DNA of 64,000 nt from the IMG/VR virus record IMGVR_UViG_3300042387_000725, positions 25,156 to 89,155 of that record; one strand, given 5' to 3'. Source of the DNA: a virus. The notes beneath the pieces are model-generated. The model was not told the DNA's origin. It did no database searches and saw only the letters and a list, made by a program, of their open reading frames with translations. The position numbers were made by a program, and so were the translations under genes. This document shows, piece after piece, positions 30,089 through 38,807 of the stretch (positions are counted from its first letter, which is position 1; every line of letters begins with the position of its first letter).

Positions 30089-30887
30089 TTGTTTCTCCCT
30101 TTTTTTCTGTTAAATTTAATTGCTTAGCCATATATTTTTTAGTTAAATACCCAATTAAAGTATTTTCTTGTGGAGTAGAAGACATGCTTGGAATTTCTAC
30201 CTGATGTCTTTTCCAAGAAGAAGAAAATAAAGATACAGCAACACTATTACGTATTAATTTTTTACTATATTCAAAACTTATTGGATCTAAAAAGCTATCT
30301 ATATGTGAATACCTTATTGGATTAAACACACTCTCTTCTTTGGCAAAACTTGTTAAATTGTTTTTTTCAATTATTTTTGTAAGTAGCTCTGGACCATTTG
30401 CAATTTGATCCTTTTGTGATCCATTTGGTATAAAAACAAAATTATCAATTAATTCATTTAAAATCTTTTTATCATTTATATACAAAATACCATTGCCAAT
30501 TCTTACTGGCTCTTTTGCTGGGTAAGGCTTGTCTATAAGAAATCCAAAAAGATATGGTTCTGGATCTGGCCACTCATCTTTTAAACAGACGGAATCAGAA
30601 TCTGTCCAAATAAGATTTGTGTTTTTTAACATATGCAATCTAAAGAAATCAGCAAACTGTGCATGCCCACCTCCAAAGAGTTCATTATCAAATTTTGTTA
30701 GAAATATATCTTTTTCTAATACAATTTCATTGGCATCTTTTTTTATGGCACCCTCTGGTACCTCAATAGACATATCATATAAATATATATTTAGTTCATG
30801 TCCATGATAAATATATGAATTCCATGAGAGTTGCTGTAACAATGTTGGTTTATTTCCAAACCACAATGTACCAAACTTTAAACCCAT
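30078..30887 (-). CDS. GT-A glycosyltransferase (GT32/alpha-1,4-GT-like)
   Basis: FADFFRLHML...IWTDSD (DxD)...GPELLT motif. Confidence 0.8.
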   Translation of the reverse strand: MGLKFGTLWFGNKPTLLQQLSWNSYIYHGHELNIYLYDMSIEVPEGAIKKDANEIVLEKDIFLTKFDNELFGGGHAQFADFFRLHMLKNTNLIWTDSDSVCLKDEWPDPEPYLFGFLIDKPYPAKEPVRIGNGILYINDKKILNELIDNFVFIPNGSQKDQIANGPELLTKIIEKNNLTSFAKEESVFNPIRYSHIDSFLDPISFEYSKKLIRNSVAVSLFSSSWKRHQVEIPSMSSTPQENTLIGYLTKKYMAKQLNLTEKKGETNGI

Positions 30888-30946
30888 AAGTTTATGCCCC
30901 AATCTTATTTAATCAATCATACCATATAGTTGATTTATAAGAATAA

Positions 30947-31228
30947 TTATTTATTTTTTAATGTATTTAGTTCGTCTTCTAGTTTTTCTATTTTTTGCAT
31001 TAAGATCTTTAAAACTTCTACTGCATAAACAGAAAGAATGTCATACCTAAGAGCCATAGGCTTATCTTCTTTATCTAAGATAACCATATACTTTAAAGAG
31101 TCTACCTCATTAACCTCTTCTGCTATATATCCTAGTTGCCTAATATTTTTAGGATCATTATTATATATCCAGGTTACTGGGTTTAAAGCTTGTATGGCTT
31201 TTTCAAAATCAATTTCAGTTGACCCCAT
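30947..31228 (-). CDS. Stand-alone C-terminal part of a peptidase S74 intramolecular chaperone domain
   Basis: IQALNPVTWIY...GYIAEEV...LRYDILSVYAVEVLK plus coiled coil; lacks the N-terminal S-x-x-R-x-K motif. Confidence 0.8.
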   Translation of the reverse strand: MGSTEIDFEKAIQALNPVTWIYNNDPKNIRQLGYIAEEVNEVDSLKYMVILDKEDKPMALRYDILSVYAVEVLKILMQKIEKLEDELNTLKNK

Positions 31229-31246
31229 GTTATTTAACTACCCCTT

Positions 31247-32095
31247 TTATGAATTGATGTTTACAACCCTCATTATACTGTGCTTAAACCTCGCAGATGA
31301 GTATCCAAATCTTGGGAAGAACGGGAAGAATGGAGGGAAGAACGGTGGGAAGAACGGTGGGAAGAACGGTGGGAAGAACGGGAAGAAAGGTGGGAAGAAC
31401 GGTGGGAAGAACGGGAAGAACGGGAAGAAAGGTGGGAAAAATGGAGGGAAGAACGGGAAGAATGGTGGGAAAAATGGAGGGAAAAATGGTGGAGTTGTTG
31501 TAATAGAACCAGAAGCATCTGAAGTTTCAGAATTTCCATTAGCATTTGTTGCATAAACTGTGTATGTCTGAGAAGTGCCACCTTCTTGAGCTACTGCAGC
31601 GCTTAGAGTTGATCCTGATACTGTTGCTCCCTTAGAATCAGAAGATGCCCAAGTATATCCAGTAATCGCAGAACCACCATTTGCTGGGGCAGACCAAGAA
31701 ACGTTATCTTGATTAACCTGTGTAGTTACAGTTGGTGCTGAAGGTTTAGCTGGAACTGTTGTTGCAGTAATTGAAGCAGATTCTGACGAAGCAGTAGATG
31801 TTCCTGCAGCATTTGTTGCTGTTACTGTAAATGTATAGGCAGTATTAGATTGAAGACCAGTTACAGTGACTGGAGAAGTTGCACCAGTACCTGTAAAACC
31901 TCCAGGAGATGAGGTAGCTGTAAAAGATGTGGCTGCAGGAGAAAGTGCTGGTAGAGAGAAAGAAACAGTTGCTGCACCATTATTAAATGCTCGTGCAGTT
32001 CCAACATTTGTTGCTGTAACATCTGTTGGAGCTAATGGTTCTAAGAAGTCATTTGATGCCTGAGACTTCTTACCCGCTTTTTTCCCTGCTGCCAT
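31247..32095 (-). CDS. FN3-domain virion protein with (PPFF/PFF)n tail and S74 cleavage motif
   Basis: Two FN3 repeats (TGLQSNTAYTFTVTATN; VSWSAPANGGSAITGY), 60-aa Pro/Phe-only tract, ends YSSARFKHSI. Confidence 0.85.
   Translation of the reverse strand: MAAGKKAGKKSQASNDFLEPLAPTDVTATNVGTARAFNNGAATVSFSLPALSPAATSFTATSSPGGFTGTGATSPVTVTGLQSNTAYTFTVTATNAAGTSTASSESASITATTVPAKPSAPTVTTQVNQDNVSWSAPANGGSAITGYTWASSDSKGATVSGSTLSAAVAQEGGTSQTYTVYATNANGNSETSDASGSITTTPPFFPPFFPPFFPFFPPFFPPFFPFFPFFPPFFPPFFPFFPPFFPPFFPPFFPPFFPFFPRFGYSSARFKHSIMRVVNINS
31313..31492 (-). repeat. 12/9-nt tandem repeat encoding PPFF/PFF (16 units)
   Basis: Tandem ccNccNttYttc and ccgttcttc units. Confidence 0.95.
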
Positions 32096-32117
32096 TTTTA
32101 TCTCCTAGTTTATTGTA

Positions 32118-33497
32118 TTACGCTGTTAAATCGCCGTAGACAACCCAAGTATTTTCTGCTCTTTTGAAAAGAGTTGCAGATGACCACTGAGTTCTTAGCT
32201 TTAATCCTGGTGTTGCATTTACTGTTACTCCTACTGCTCCTGCAATTGTAACCTGTCCTGTTCCCGTCTGAAGAATATCTAGTGATGTTCCGATTGGGTA
32301 TGCAATTGTTGCATTTAGAGGAATTGTTAATGTAAGTGCTGAAGAGGATCCCATTTCAATTAAATCATCTCTGTGATCCAATGTTGAAAGTGTGTATGAA
32401 GCAGTCTTTTGAGTAATAGGTGTTAAAGAGTCTACCTTTAATCCAAGGCTAGTTGTTACTGTTCCTGCAAAATCAGCGTCGTCTCCGAGTGCTGCAGCAA
32501 GTTCATTAAGAGTATTAAGTGCTGCTGGTGCGCTATCAAGAACTGCATTTACCTGAGCAGTTGCATCTGCAATTGCTTCTGTCTTAGCAGTTTCAATCGC
32601 TGTAGCCTGTGCGGTTGACACTGGCTTATCTGCATCTGCTGTGTTATCAACATTTCCAAGCCCTACATCCGCTTTTACAATCCCTACTGGAGATGTAATT
32701 GTTTTATTTGTTAAAGTTTGTGTTCCAGTTGTTGTAACTAGTATGCTAGTGTCTGCAATGCCGTGTACGTTTGTTGTATCATCATTGTGTGTTGTAACAT
32801 ATCCAGATGCTGTTGATTCTGCTTCTGATTTAGCAGTTGCAACATTTGATGTAGTTGCAAGAACTGAAGTATCTGCAATACCATGAACGTTTGTTGTGTC
32901 GTTATTGTGTGTTGTTACTGCTCCATCTGCATATGTCTTTGTTGCTACTGTGCTATCAATATCAAACTGATCTGTGTCTGCATTCCAGTCAATTCCTGTT
33001 CCTGCAAGTTCTGACTGATCAACTGTTGCATTTCCAACTGCAGTTCCAACATACTCTTCCATACCATCTTGTGTTACGAGAACTGAGGTGTCAGTAATTC
33101 CATGAACGTTTGTTGTGTCGTTATTATGTGTTGTTACTGCGCTATTTGTAAAAGACTGAGTTGCAAGGTCTGCCGTATTAGCAATTCCGTGAATATCTGT
33201 TGTATCAGATTGGTGATTAGATAGGTTTGTTGCTACTGTTGAGAAAAAGTTTGGATCATCATTTATTGCTGCTGCAAGCTCATTTAGAGTATCAAGTGCT
33301 CCTGGTGCTCCAGCAATAAGGTTAGATATTGAGTCACTATCTGAGAAGTATGAGAGGTCTGACCAGTGGTTAGTTCCATCACCAATCTTAAACTTATTTG
33401 TGTCTGTTTCGTATCCAATTTCTGCTACGTTTAGAATTGGATCTGCAGAGGTCCACTGAGAAGCAGTTCCTCTGCGCTGTTGCATTCTTGTTGCCAT
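32118..33497 (-). CDS. Tail fibre protein with Mtd_N-like N-terminus
   Basis: MQQRRGTASQW...PIL...EIGYETDTNKFKIGDG; LxTLNELAAA repeats; four H-x6-HGI repeats. Confidence 0.85.
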   Translation of the reverse strand: MATRMQQRRGTASQWTSADPILNVAEIGYETDTNKFKIGDGTNHWSDLSYFSDSDSISNLIAGAPGALDTLNELAAAINDDPNFFSTVATNLSNHQSDTTDIHGIANTADLATQSFTNSAVTTHNNDTTNVHGITDTSVLVTQDGMEEYVGTAVGNATVDQSELAGTGIDWNADTDQFDIDSTVATKTYADGAVTTHNNDTTNVHGIADTSVLATTSNVATAKSEAESTASGYVTTHNDDTTNVHGIADTSILVTTTGTQTLTNKTITSPVGIVKADVGLGNVDNTADADKPVSTAQATAIETAKTEAIADATAQVNAVLDSAPAALNTLNELAAALGDDADFAGTVTTSLGLKVDSLTPITQKTASYTLSTLDHRDDLIEMGSSSALTLTIPLNATIAYPIGTSLDILQTGTGQVTIAGAVGVTVNATPGLKLRTQWSSATLFKRAENTWVVYGDLTA

Positions 33498-33537
33498 TTT
33501 TATACTCCTCTAGTATTTGTATATTATATCAGACAAT

Positions 33538-33990
33538 TTAGTTAAAATTATCTATTGCTTCTCCACCAACCCATGTGGCTTCCCATGAATTAGTATTGTA
33601 TTGTCCAGCACTTACCAAATACCCTGGCTCATCATATGAACCACCACTGACGAAAACACTTGCAATTAAACCATTTCCATCAATAGATGTATCGTGAATG
33701 TGGTCTTGCAAAACTTCTGAATCCTCAAGAGTTGCAATAGCAATCCACTGAGAACTATAGTAAACATGAACTCTTTCGGTTATGGTGTCAAACCATAAAT
33801 CTCCATTTTCTGGAGATACTGGAGGGGTATCAGAAACATCAATTCCTCCAGCTACACTATCTACATAGTCTTTAGTTGCTGCGTGTGTACCTAATGTAGG
33901 ATTTGATACTGTTACTGTACCGCCAAAAGATCCACCAAGGGCAACGCTTAACCCATTTTTAACTTTAAAGTCTTTGTTTACCGTTGCCAC
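33538..33990 (-). CDS. Minor tail/fibre protein
   Basis: PTLGTHAATKDYVD and PENGDLWFD fibre motifs; N-terminus shared with 34011-35858. Confidence 0.7.
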   Translation of the reverse strand: MATVNKDFKVKNGLSVALGGSFGGTVTVSNPTLGTHAATKDYVDSVAGGIDVSDTPPVSPENGDLWFDTITERVHVYYSSQWIAIATLEDSEVLQDHIHDTSIDGNGLIASVFVSGGSYDEPGYLVSAGQYNTNSWEATWVGGEAIDNFN

Positions 33991-34010
33991 TTAGTGTCTC
34001 CTTTAGTTAA

Positions 34011-35858
34011 TTATGCTAGTAGTGTTCCGAAAACAGTAACTGTTGAATTGTTTTCAGTAGTTGTTACATCAATATTTACGTAAGTCATTCCAGAAGGAGT
34101 ACTTATTCTTGGCGCAATGGACATAAGCGGACCATTGGTTGAGATATTTGCATATTCTGTAATTGCTACGTTATTTGATGAATCTAATGTTAGTAATACT
34201 TCTGAAACTTCTGAATGAGAAGCAGTTGAGGTTTTTACTAACAGTTTAGCACTTCTGCCTTGCGATACATTCCATGAAAGTGGTGTTACAGTTTGCGGTA
34301 CAGAAATTTCTGTTCGCTGACCTGCAACCTGCTTAGTAACTCCATCAATAGTAACAGAAGCTGGAGTAATTGGAGATCCATTTATTGCATCTAGTGCTCT
34401 CTGGGTTGTAAAGTAGAGGTTTGAAGTACCTTCTGTTAGATCATCAGTATCAGAATCTGCTACACCGTTTTCTGCGGTGATTACAAGAGTTCCAGCATTA
34501 TCAGTAATTGTGATATTTGTCTTATCTGCATTAACCAATACATCTCTTACTCTTTGTGATGTGAAGTACTGGTTTGTTGAACCTTCTTCAATATCGTCTG
34601 AGTCAAGTTGTGATGCATCTACTGCAATTTCGCCTGTTCCGTTATTGTAACTAATTGCATTTCCTGCAGATAGTGATTGACGAGCACGAGCCTGTGTGAA
34701 GTACTCGTTTGTACCTTCAGCAATATCTGAAGTTGTAAGTGCATCTGCGTATGCCTCTGCATCTTCAAGAGCCTGTGCTGCTGCACCTGCTACATCGTAT
34801 GCTGCTGATGTTGCGTCAAGTGCTCTTTGGTTTGTGAAGTATAGTCGTGAAGCATCTTCTGCAACATCTGCTGTGTCAAGACCAGTTACAGAAATTGTTA
34901 CTCCAGTAATGTCAATGTTGTCGCCTGCAGTTAATGTATCTTGCTTGCCTGCTGCAATGTCTTGAAGATCACCAATAACATCTGGATTATCATCAAGTGC
35001 TGCTGCCAACTCATTAAGAGTATTGAGAAGATCAGGTGCTCCATCTACAAGTGCTGCTACTGCTGCGTCTGCATATGCAGTTGTTGCAACCTGTGTAGAG
35101 TTAGTTCCTGGTGCTGCTGTTGGGGCAGTAGGTGTACCAGTTAGTGCTGGTGAAGCCAGTGGCGCCTTATCATCAAGTTGATTTTGAATGTTAGATGTTA
35201 CACCATCAAGGTATGCAATTTCAGTGGTATCAATAGTAATACCTCCTGCTCCACCACCAATTAGAAATGTTGGGTCCTGAATAGTCTTATTAGAAAGTGT
35301 CTGTTGGGCGCTTGTACCTACAACATTTCCATCTCCTACCACAAGTCCATGAACACCTGAAGAAGCGTTTGTGTGGCTATCAAGGTTGTCTTGAACATCT
35401 TCTGCTGCGCCGTTTGCATCGTACCAATCATCTACTATTGGACGATCTACAACAATTTGACCACTTACAATTTCAAGACCTACTCCAAGGTCTGCAGAAA
35501 TTGTTCCCTGTGAGTATGTGATTCCATCTCCACCTGAAAGGTGTGAATCAACTCTTGCTGTTGTAAAGTACTGGTTTGTTACACCTTCTTCAATGTCTGC
35601 TGTTGTAAGTGCATCAATTGCTGAAGTAATATCACCATCTCTTGCAATATCTGAACCTGCTGCAATTGTAAGTTCTCCAGCAGTTACTGTAAAGTCATCG
35701 CTATCAACAGATGTGATAAGTGTTTCTCCGCCAATGAGGTCAAGAATGTATTCGTCTCCAGCGCCTTCTGTAAGAATGTTTTCGCCGTTGATTGTACCTG
35801 TTTGACCTTCAACTACCAGGCCATTTTTAATTTTAAAATCTTTATTTACTGTTGCCAT
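34011..35858 (-). CDS. Long tail fibre/spike protein
   Basis: Five DxxEGxxNxYFTxxR-type repeats, KAPLASPALTGTPTAPT and LNTLNELAAAL fibre motifs. Confidence 0.82.
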   Translation of the reverse strand: MATVNKDFKIKNGLVVEGQTGTINGENILTEGAGDEYILDLIGGETLITSVDSDDFTVTAGELTIAAGSDIARDGDITSAIDALTTADIEEGVTNQYFTTARVDSHLSGGDGITYSQGTISADLGVGLEIVSGQIVVDRPIVDDWYDANGAAEDVQDNLDSHTNASSGVHGLVVGDGNVVGTSAQQTLSNKTIQDPTFLIGGGAGGITIDTTEIAYLDGVTSNIQNQLDDKAPLASPALTGTPTAPTAAPGTNSTQVATTAYADAAVAALVDGAPDLLNTLNELAAALDDNPDVIGDLQDIAAGKQDTLTAGDNIDITGVTISVTGLDTADVAEDASRLYFTNQRALDATSAAYDVAGAAAQALEDAEAYADALTTSDIAEGTNEYFTQARARQSLSAGNAISYNNGTGEIAVDASQLDSDDIEEGSTNQYFTSQRVRDVLVNADKTNITITDNAGTLVITAENGVADSDTDDLTEGTSNLYFTTQRALDAINGSPITPASVTIDGVTKQVAGQRTEISVPQTVTPLSWNVSQGRSAKLLVKTSTASHSEVSEVLLTLDSSNNVAITEYANISTNGPLMSIAPRISTPSGMTYVNIDVTTTENNSTVTVFGTLLA

Positions 35859-35874
35859 TTTTTATCTCCTTTGT

Positions 35875-36321
35875 CTATGCCTTCAAGCCCATACGTGCAT
35901 AACGTACGGTTATAGGGGTTTGTCCAGCTACTGGTGTCACAGTGAGGGCAACTGTGTCGCTGACCCTGGAGACGCTAATGGTGCCAATATTCCCATCGTT
36001 GTCAATTGTTCCATATTCGCTAACCGATACATTTGTACCGTCAACGAGGATTGTCATTTCTGTGGCATAAAACTTATTTGCGCCAGCAGAAGTCTTTTTA
36101 ATGGAGATGATATATTTAACCATTCTCCATACTGTTGCATCAAAATTATCAATGACTGTTGCATTCTCAATTCCAGTGATTGTATTTTCGTTATTACCAG
36201 CAGAACCTAAATCTGTTGACTGCGCTGCTGTTGTGTCAATAAGGTTTTCGTAGTCAGTTTGACTTGGACGATCACCAGTTTGGAAGTAAGTCTTCAAACT
36301 TGATAATGATAATTTTGCCAT
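35875..36321 (-). CDS. Minor tail protein
   Basis: LKTYFQTGDRPSQTDYENLIDT anchor motif; C-terminal domain similar to that of 34011-35858. Confidence 0.65.
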   Translation of the reverse strand: MAKLSLSSLKTYFQTGDRPSQTDYENLIDTTAAQSTDLGSAGNNENTITGIENATVIDNFDATVWRMVKYIISIKKTSAGANKFYATEMTILVDGTNVSVSEYGTIDNDGNIGTISVSRVSDTVALTVTPVAGQTPITVRYARMGLKA

Positions 36322-36351
36322 GTCTGTATTATAACATAATTATTTATACAA

Positions 36352-36576
36352 TTAAATGATGTAGTTTGAGAACCCAATTATTTGGATTCCAATTCCTGGA
36401 GGGTTTGAAGAAGAAAACCCTTCAATCATTACAGTACTGATTTTAACCCTAAATGGAAGTATAGACTCAACCCTAGTAAGTGGTGCAGAATATTCTATTT
36501 GTGTTATTGGATAATTAACGGCATTAGGAATTGCTACCCTCTTACTGTAATCGTCAATAATTACAGCAGTTGCCAT
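36352..36576 (-). CDS. Small virion-module hypothetical protein
   Basis: Coupled ORF in the tail gene cluster. Confidence 0.6.
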   Translation of the reverse strand: MATAVIIDDYSKRVAIPNAVNYPITQIEYSAPLTRVESILPFRVKISTVMIEGFSSSNPPGIGIQIIGFSNYII

Positions 36577-36980
36577 TAGTCAGTTACATCCTCAATAACT
36601 ATCATTCTACCCTGACAAACTGTCCAGACTCTATCAGCATCACTTAGCTCAACATCAAATACGTCACCAGTACGAAGTTGAATTGTCTGAGCAGATGTTA
36701 GAGAAACAGTAAATTCACCAATTTCATCATTTGGAGTTGGACCTGGAACAACAGTAAAAATAGTTCCAGCAGAGTCTTGATCTATGTTATTTTGAATATC
36801 TGGACGACGGAACTCACAGCGAATATCCCAGTCCTCAATAATCAGTGGATCTTTATTATCGTCCGTTGTATAAACTCTAAATGCTGCTGTGTCGCCTTTA
36901 ACTACCGTCCAACTTACCATTGGTGGTCGTAATCCAACATCGTAAGAACTCTTTGATTCTTGTCCTCTATAAGTAGCCAT
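36576..36980 (-). CDS. BppU-like Ig-fold baseplate/fibre adaptor
   Basis: WTVVKGDT...VFDVEL...WTVCQGRMIVIEDVT; paralog of 40637-40984 and 41817-42221. Confidence 0.6.
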   Translation of the reverse strand: MATYRGQESKSSYDVGLRPPMVSWTVVKGDTAAFRVYTTDDNKDPLIIEDWDIRCEFRRPDIQNNIDQDSAGTIFTVVPGPTPNDEIGEFTVSLTSAQTIQLRTGDVFDVELSDADRVWTVCQGRMIVIEDVTD

Positions 36981-37125
36981 AGTATTTCTATTATACCACC
37001 TTGAATTATAACAAAATGATAACAATATAAAAAAATGTCAAGAATTTGCTTTTGAAGGCAAATTCGTGTTATACTTAGATTATGCTACCAACAGGTAGCA
37101 TTTGTTCTCTAGGAGGTATTTTACA

Positions 37126-37674
37126 ATGAGAGAAGCAAATGTTTGGTTAGGGGTTTTATTGTTGGTCATTAGTAGTGCCATTTTTTCTGGTAATGCTAGT
37201 GCAACTAATGAAAACAACCTTTTGACTAAGAAATCTATGGAAACCTCTGCCACCCAAAAGGTGGCTTTTTTGGTTTCTAAAGAGCAAAAACTTGAAAAGT
37301 ACGAAAATGCTCACGCTTTGACTGATGAGCAACTAGTTGAAATGTTATCGGCTGTAGGCTTTACTGGAAAATCTTTAAGGACTGCTTGTGCAATTGCTAA
37401 AGCAGAATCTAATGGTCGTCCACTAGCCTTCAATGGTAATACTAAAACTGGCGATAGCTCCTATGGCGTATTTCAAATAAATATGCTTGGGAAACTTGGA
37501 TCAGATCGTAGGGAGAAATTTGAGCTAGATGCAAATGCTGATTTACTAAATCCAGTAACTAATGCACAGATTGCCCTACATATGACTAAGGGTGGAGAAG
37601 ACTGGTCATCATGGAGTTCCTTAAATGGAAAGCGGTACCTAGAGTGGTACAACAAATATCCATGTAAAAAATAA
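37126..37674 (+). CDS. Secreted SLT/lysozyme-like lytic transglycosylase
   Basis: Signal-peptide-like N-terminus; AIAKAESNG (catalytic Glu)...SYGVFQIN...WSSW; SD aggaggt; own TTGCTT-17-TATACT promoter. Confidence 0.85.
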   Translation: MREANVWLGVLLLVISSAIFSGNASATNENNLLTKKSMETSATQKVAFLVSKEQKLEKYENAHALTDEQLVEMLSAVGFTGKSLRTACAIAKAESNGRPLAFNGNTKTGDSSYGVFQINMLGKLGSDRREKFELDANADLLNPVTNAQIALHMTKGGEDWSSWSSLNGKRYLEWYNKYPCKK

Positions 37675-37683
37675 AGTTAAATA

Positions 37684-37723
37684 AAAATACCCCCCTTGGA
37701 TATTTTCCTTGGGGGGTTTTTTA
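37684..37723. terminator. Bidirectional terminator between convergent SLT and FN3 genes
   Basis: CCCCCC/GGGGGG stem flanked by A-run and T-run. Confidence 0.7.
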
Positions 37724-37745
37724 TGCTGCTTTTAAAATTTGTAGA

Positions 37746-38804
37746 TTAGTATCCTCCATATGAGAATCTTGGGAAGAATGGGAAGAACGGCGGAAAGAAT
37801 GGAGGGAAGAATGGAGGGAAGAACGGCGGAAAGAATGGAGGGAAGAACGGTGGGAAAAATGGTGGGAAGAATGGAAAGAACGGAAAGAATGGTGGGAAAA
37901 ATGGTGAGGTAACCACGAGATTAGATGGATCTGAAGTTGGAGAATTTCCAATTGCATTTGTAGCATAAACGGTATATGTTTGTGAAGTATTAACTTCTTG
38001 ATCAACTTCAACTGATAGCGTTGTTCCAGAAACTGTACCAGTCTTACCGTCAGAAGATGCCCAGGTGTAACCAGTAATTGTAGATCCACCGTTTGCTGGA
38101 GCAATCCAAGAAACGATATCTTTAGATGATCCTGTTGTTACTGTTGGTGCTGCTGGTTTAGCTGGAACGGATGTGTCTGTAACATAAGGTTCGCTTGCAG
38201 AACTAAACAATCCAGATCCATTGGCATTATTTGCACAAATAGTAAAAGTATAAGATGTTCCTCCATTAAATGCACCAGTGGCAGTTAATGGACTATTTAT
38301 TCCTGCCTGAGTTGTTATTGATACAGAAGGAGATGAAGCAATGGTATAACCTGTTATTTCGCTTCCTCCAGATTCTGGGGGAGTAAATGTTAAGCTTACT
38401 ACTGTATTGCTAACTTTAGTTGGTACACCAATGGTTGGAGTTCCTGGAACAGTAGTTGCTAGAATTGAATTAGAACTTATACTTGGTAGATAAGAACTTC
38501 CAAGTGAGCTATTTCCTTTTGATGTAAAAGTATATGAAGTATTAGACTGTAATCCTGTAATTGTTAATGGTGAAGAACCTGTTGCTGTAAATGATCCTGG
38601 ATCTGATGTTACCGTATAGCTTGTAGCTGGACCACCTGTTCCTGGAGCAGCTAAAGAAATAGTAGCAGATCCATCATTAAATGGACGATTTGTACCAACA
38701 TTTGTTGCAGTTGGAACTGCTCCGTCTGGAAGATCATTTATTGGGGTAGTGTACTGTATCTTTCTTAATAATAAGCTTAGTAAAGATACTTTTGAAATTG
38801 TCAT
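37746..38804 (-). CDS. FN3-domain virion protein with (PPFF/PFF)n tail
   Basis: Three FN3 repeats; 45-aa Pro/Phe tract; ends PRFSYGGY; paralog of 31247-32095. Confidence 0.85.
   Translation of the reverse strand: MTISKVSLLSLLLRKIQYTTPINDLPDGAVPTATNVGTNRPFNDGSATISLAAPGTGGPATSYTVTSDPGSFTATGSSPLTITGLQSNTSYTFTSKGNSSLGSSYLPSISSNSILATTVPGTPTIGVPTKVSNTVVSLTFTPPESGGSEITGYTIASSPSVSITTQAGINSPLTATGAFNGGTSYTFTICANNANGSGLFSSASEPYVTDTSVPAKPAAPTVTTGSSKDIVSWIAPANGGSTITGYTWASSDGKTGTVSGTTLSVEVDQEVNTSQTYTVYATNAIGNSPTSDPSNLVVTSPFFPPFFPFFPFFPPFFPPFFPPFFPPFFPPFFPPFFPPFFPFFPRFSYGGY
37770..37904 (-). repeat. 12/9-nt tandem repeat encoding PPFF/PFF (12 units)
   Basis: Tandem ccNccNttYttY units. Confidence 0.95.
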
Positions 38805-38807
38805 TGT

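Noticed and set aside
31229-31249. Stop-codon readthrough or recoding joining the FN3 protein to the S74 fragment
   Set aside because: Two different in-frame stops (TAA, TAG) and a separate SD; other genes use all three stops normally.
31038-31581. GGKN-, GRTV- and SSH-repeat ORFs (also 37721-38104)
   Set aside because: Alternative frames or strand of the PPFF repeat; only the PPFF frame is fused to FN3 domains in both paralogs.
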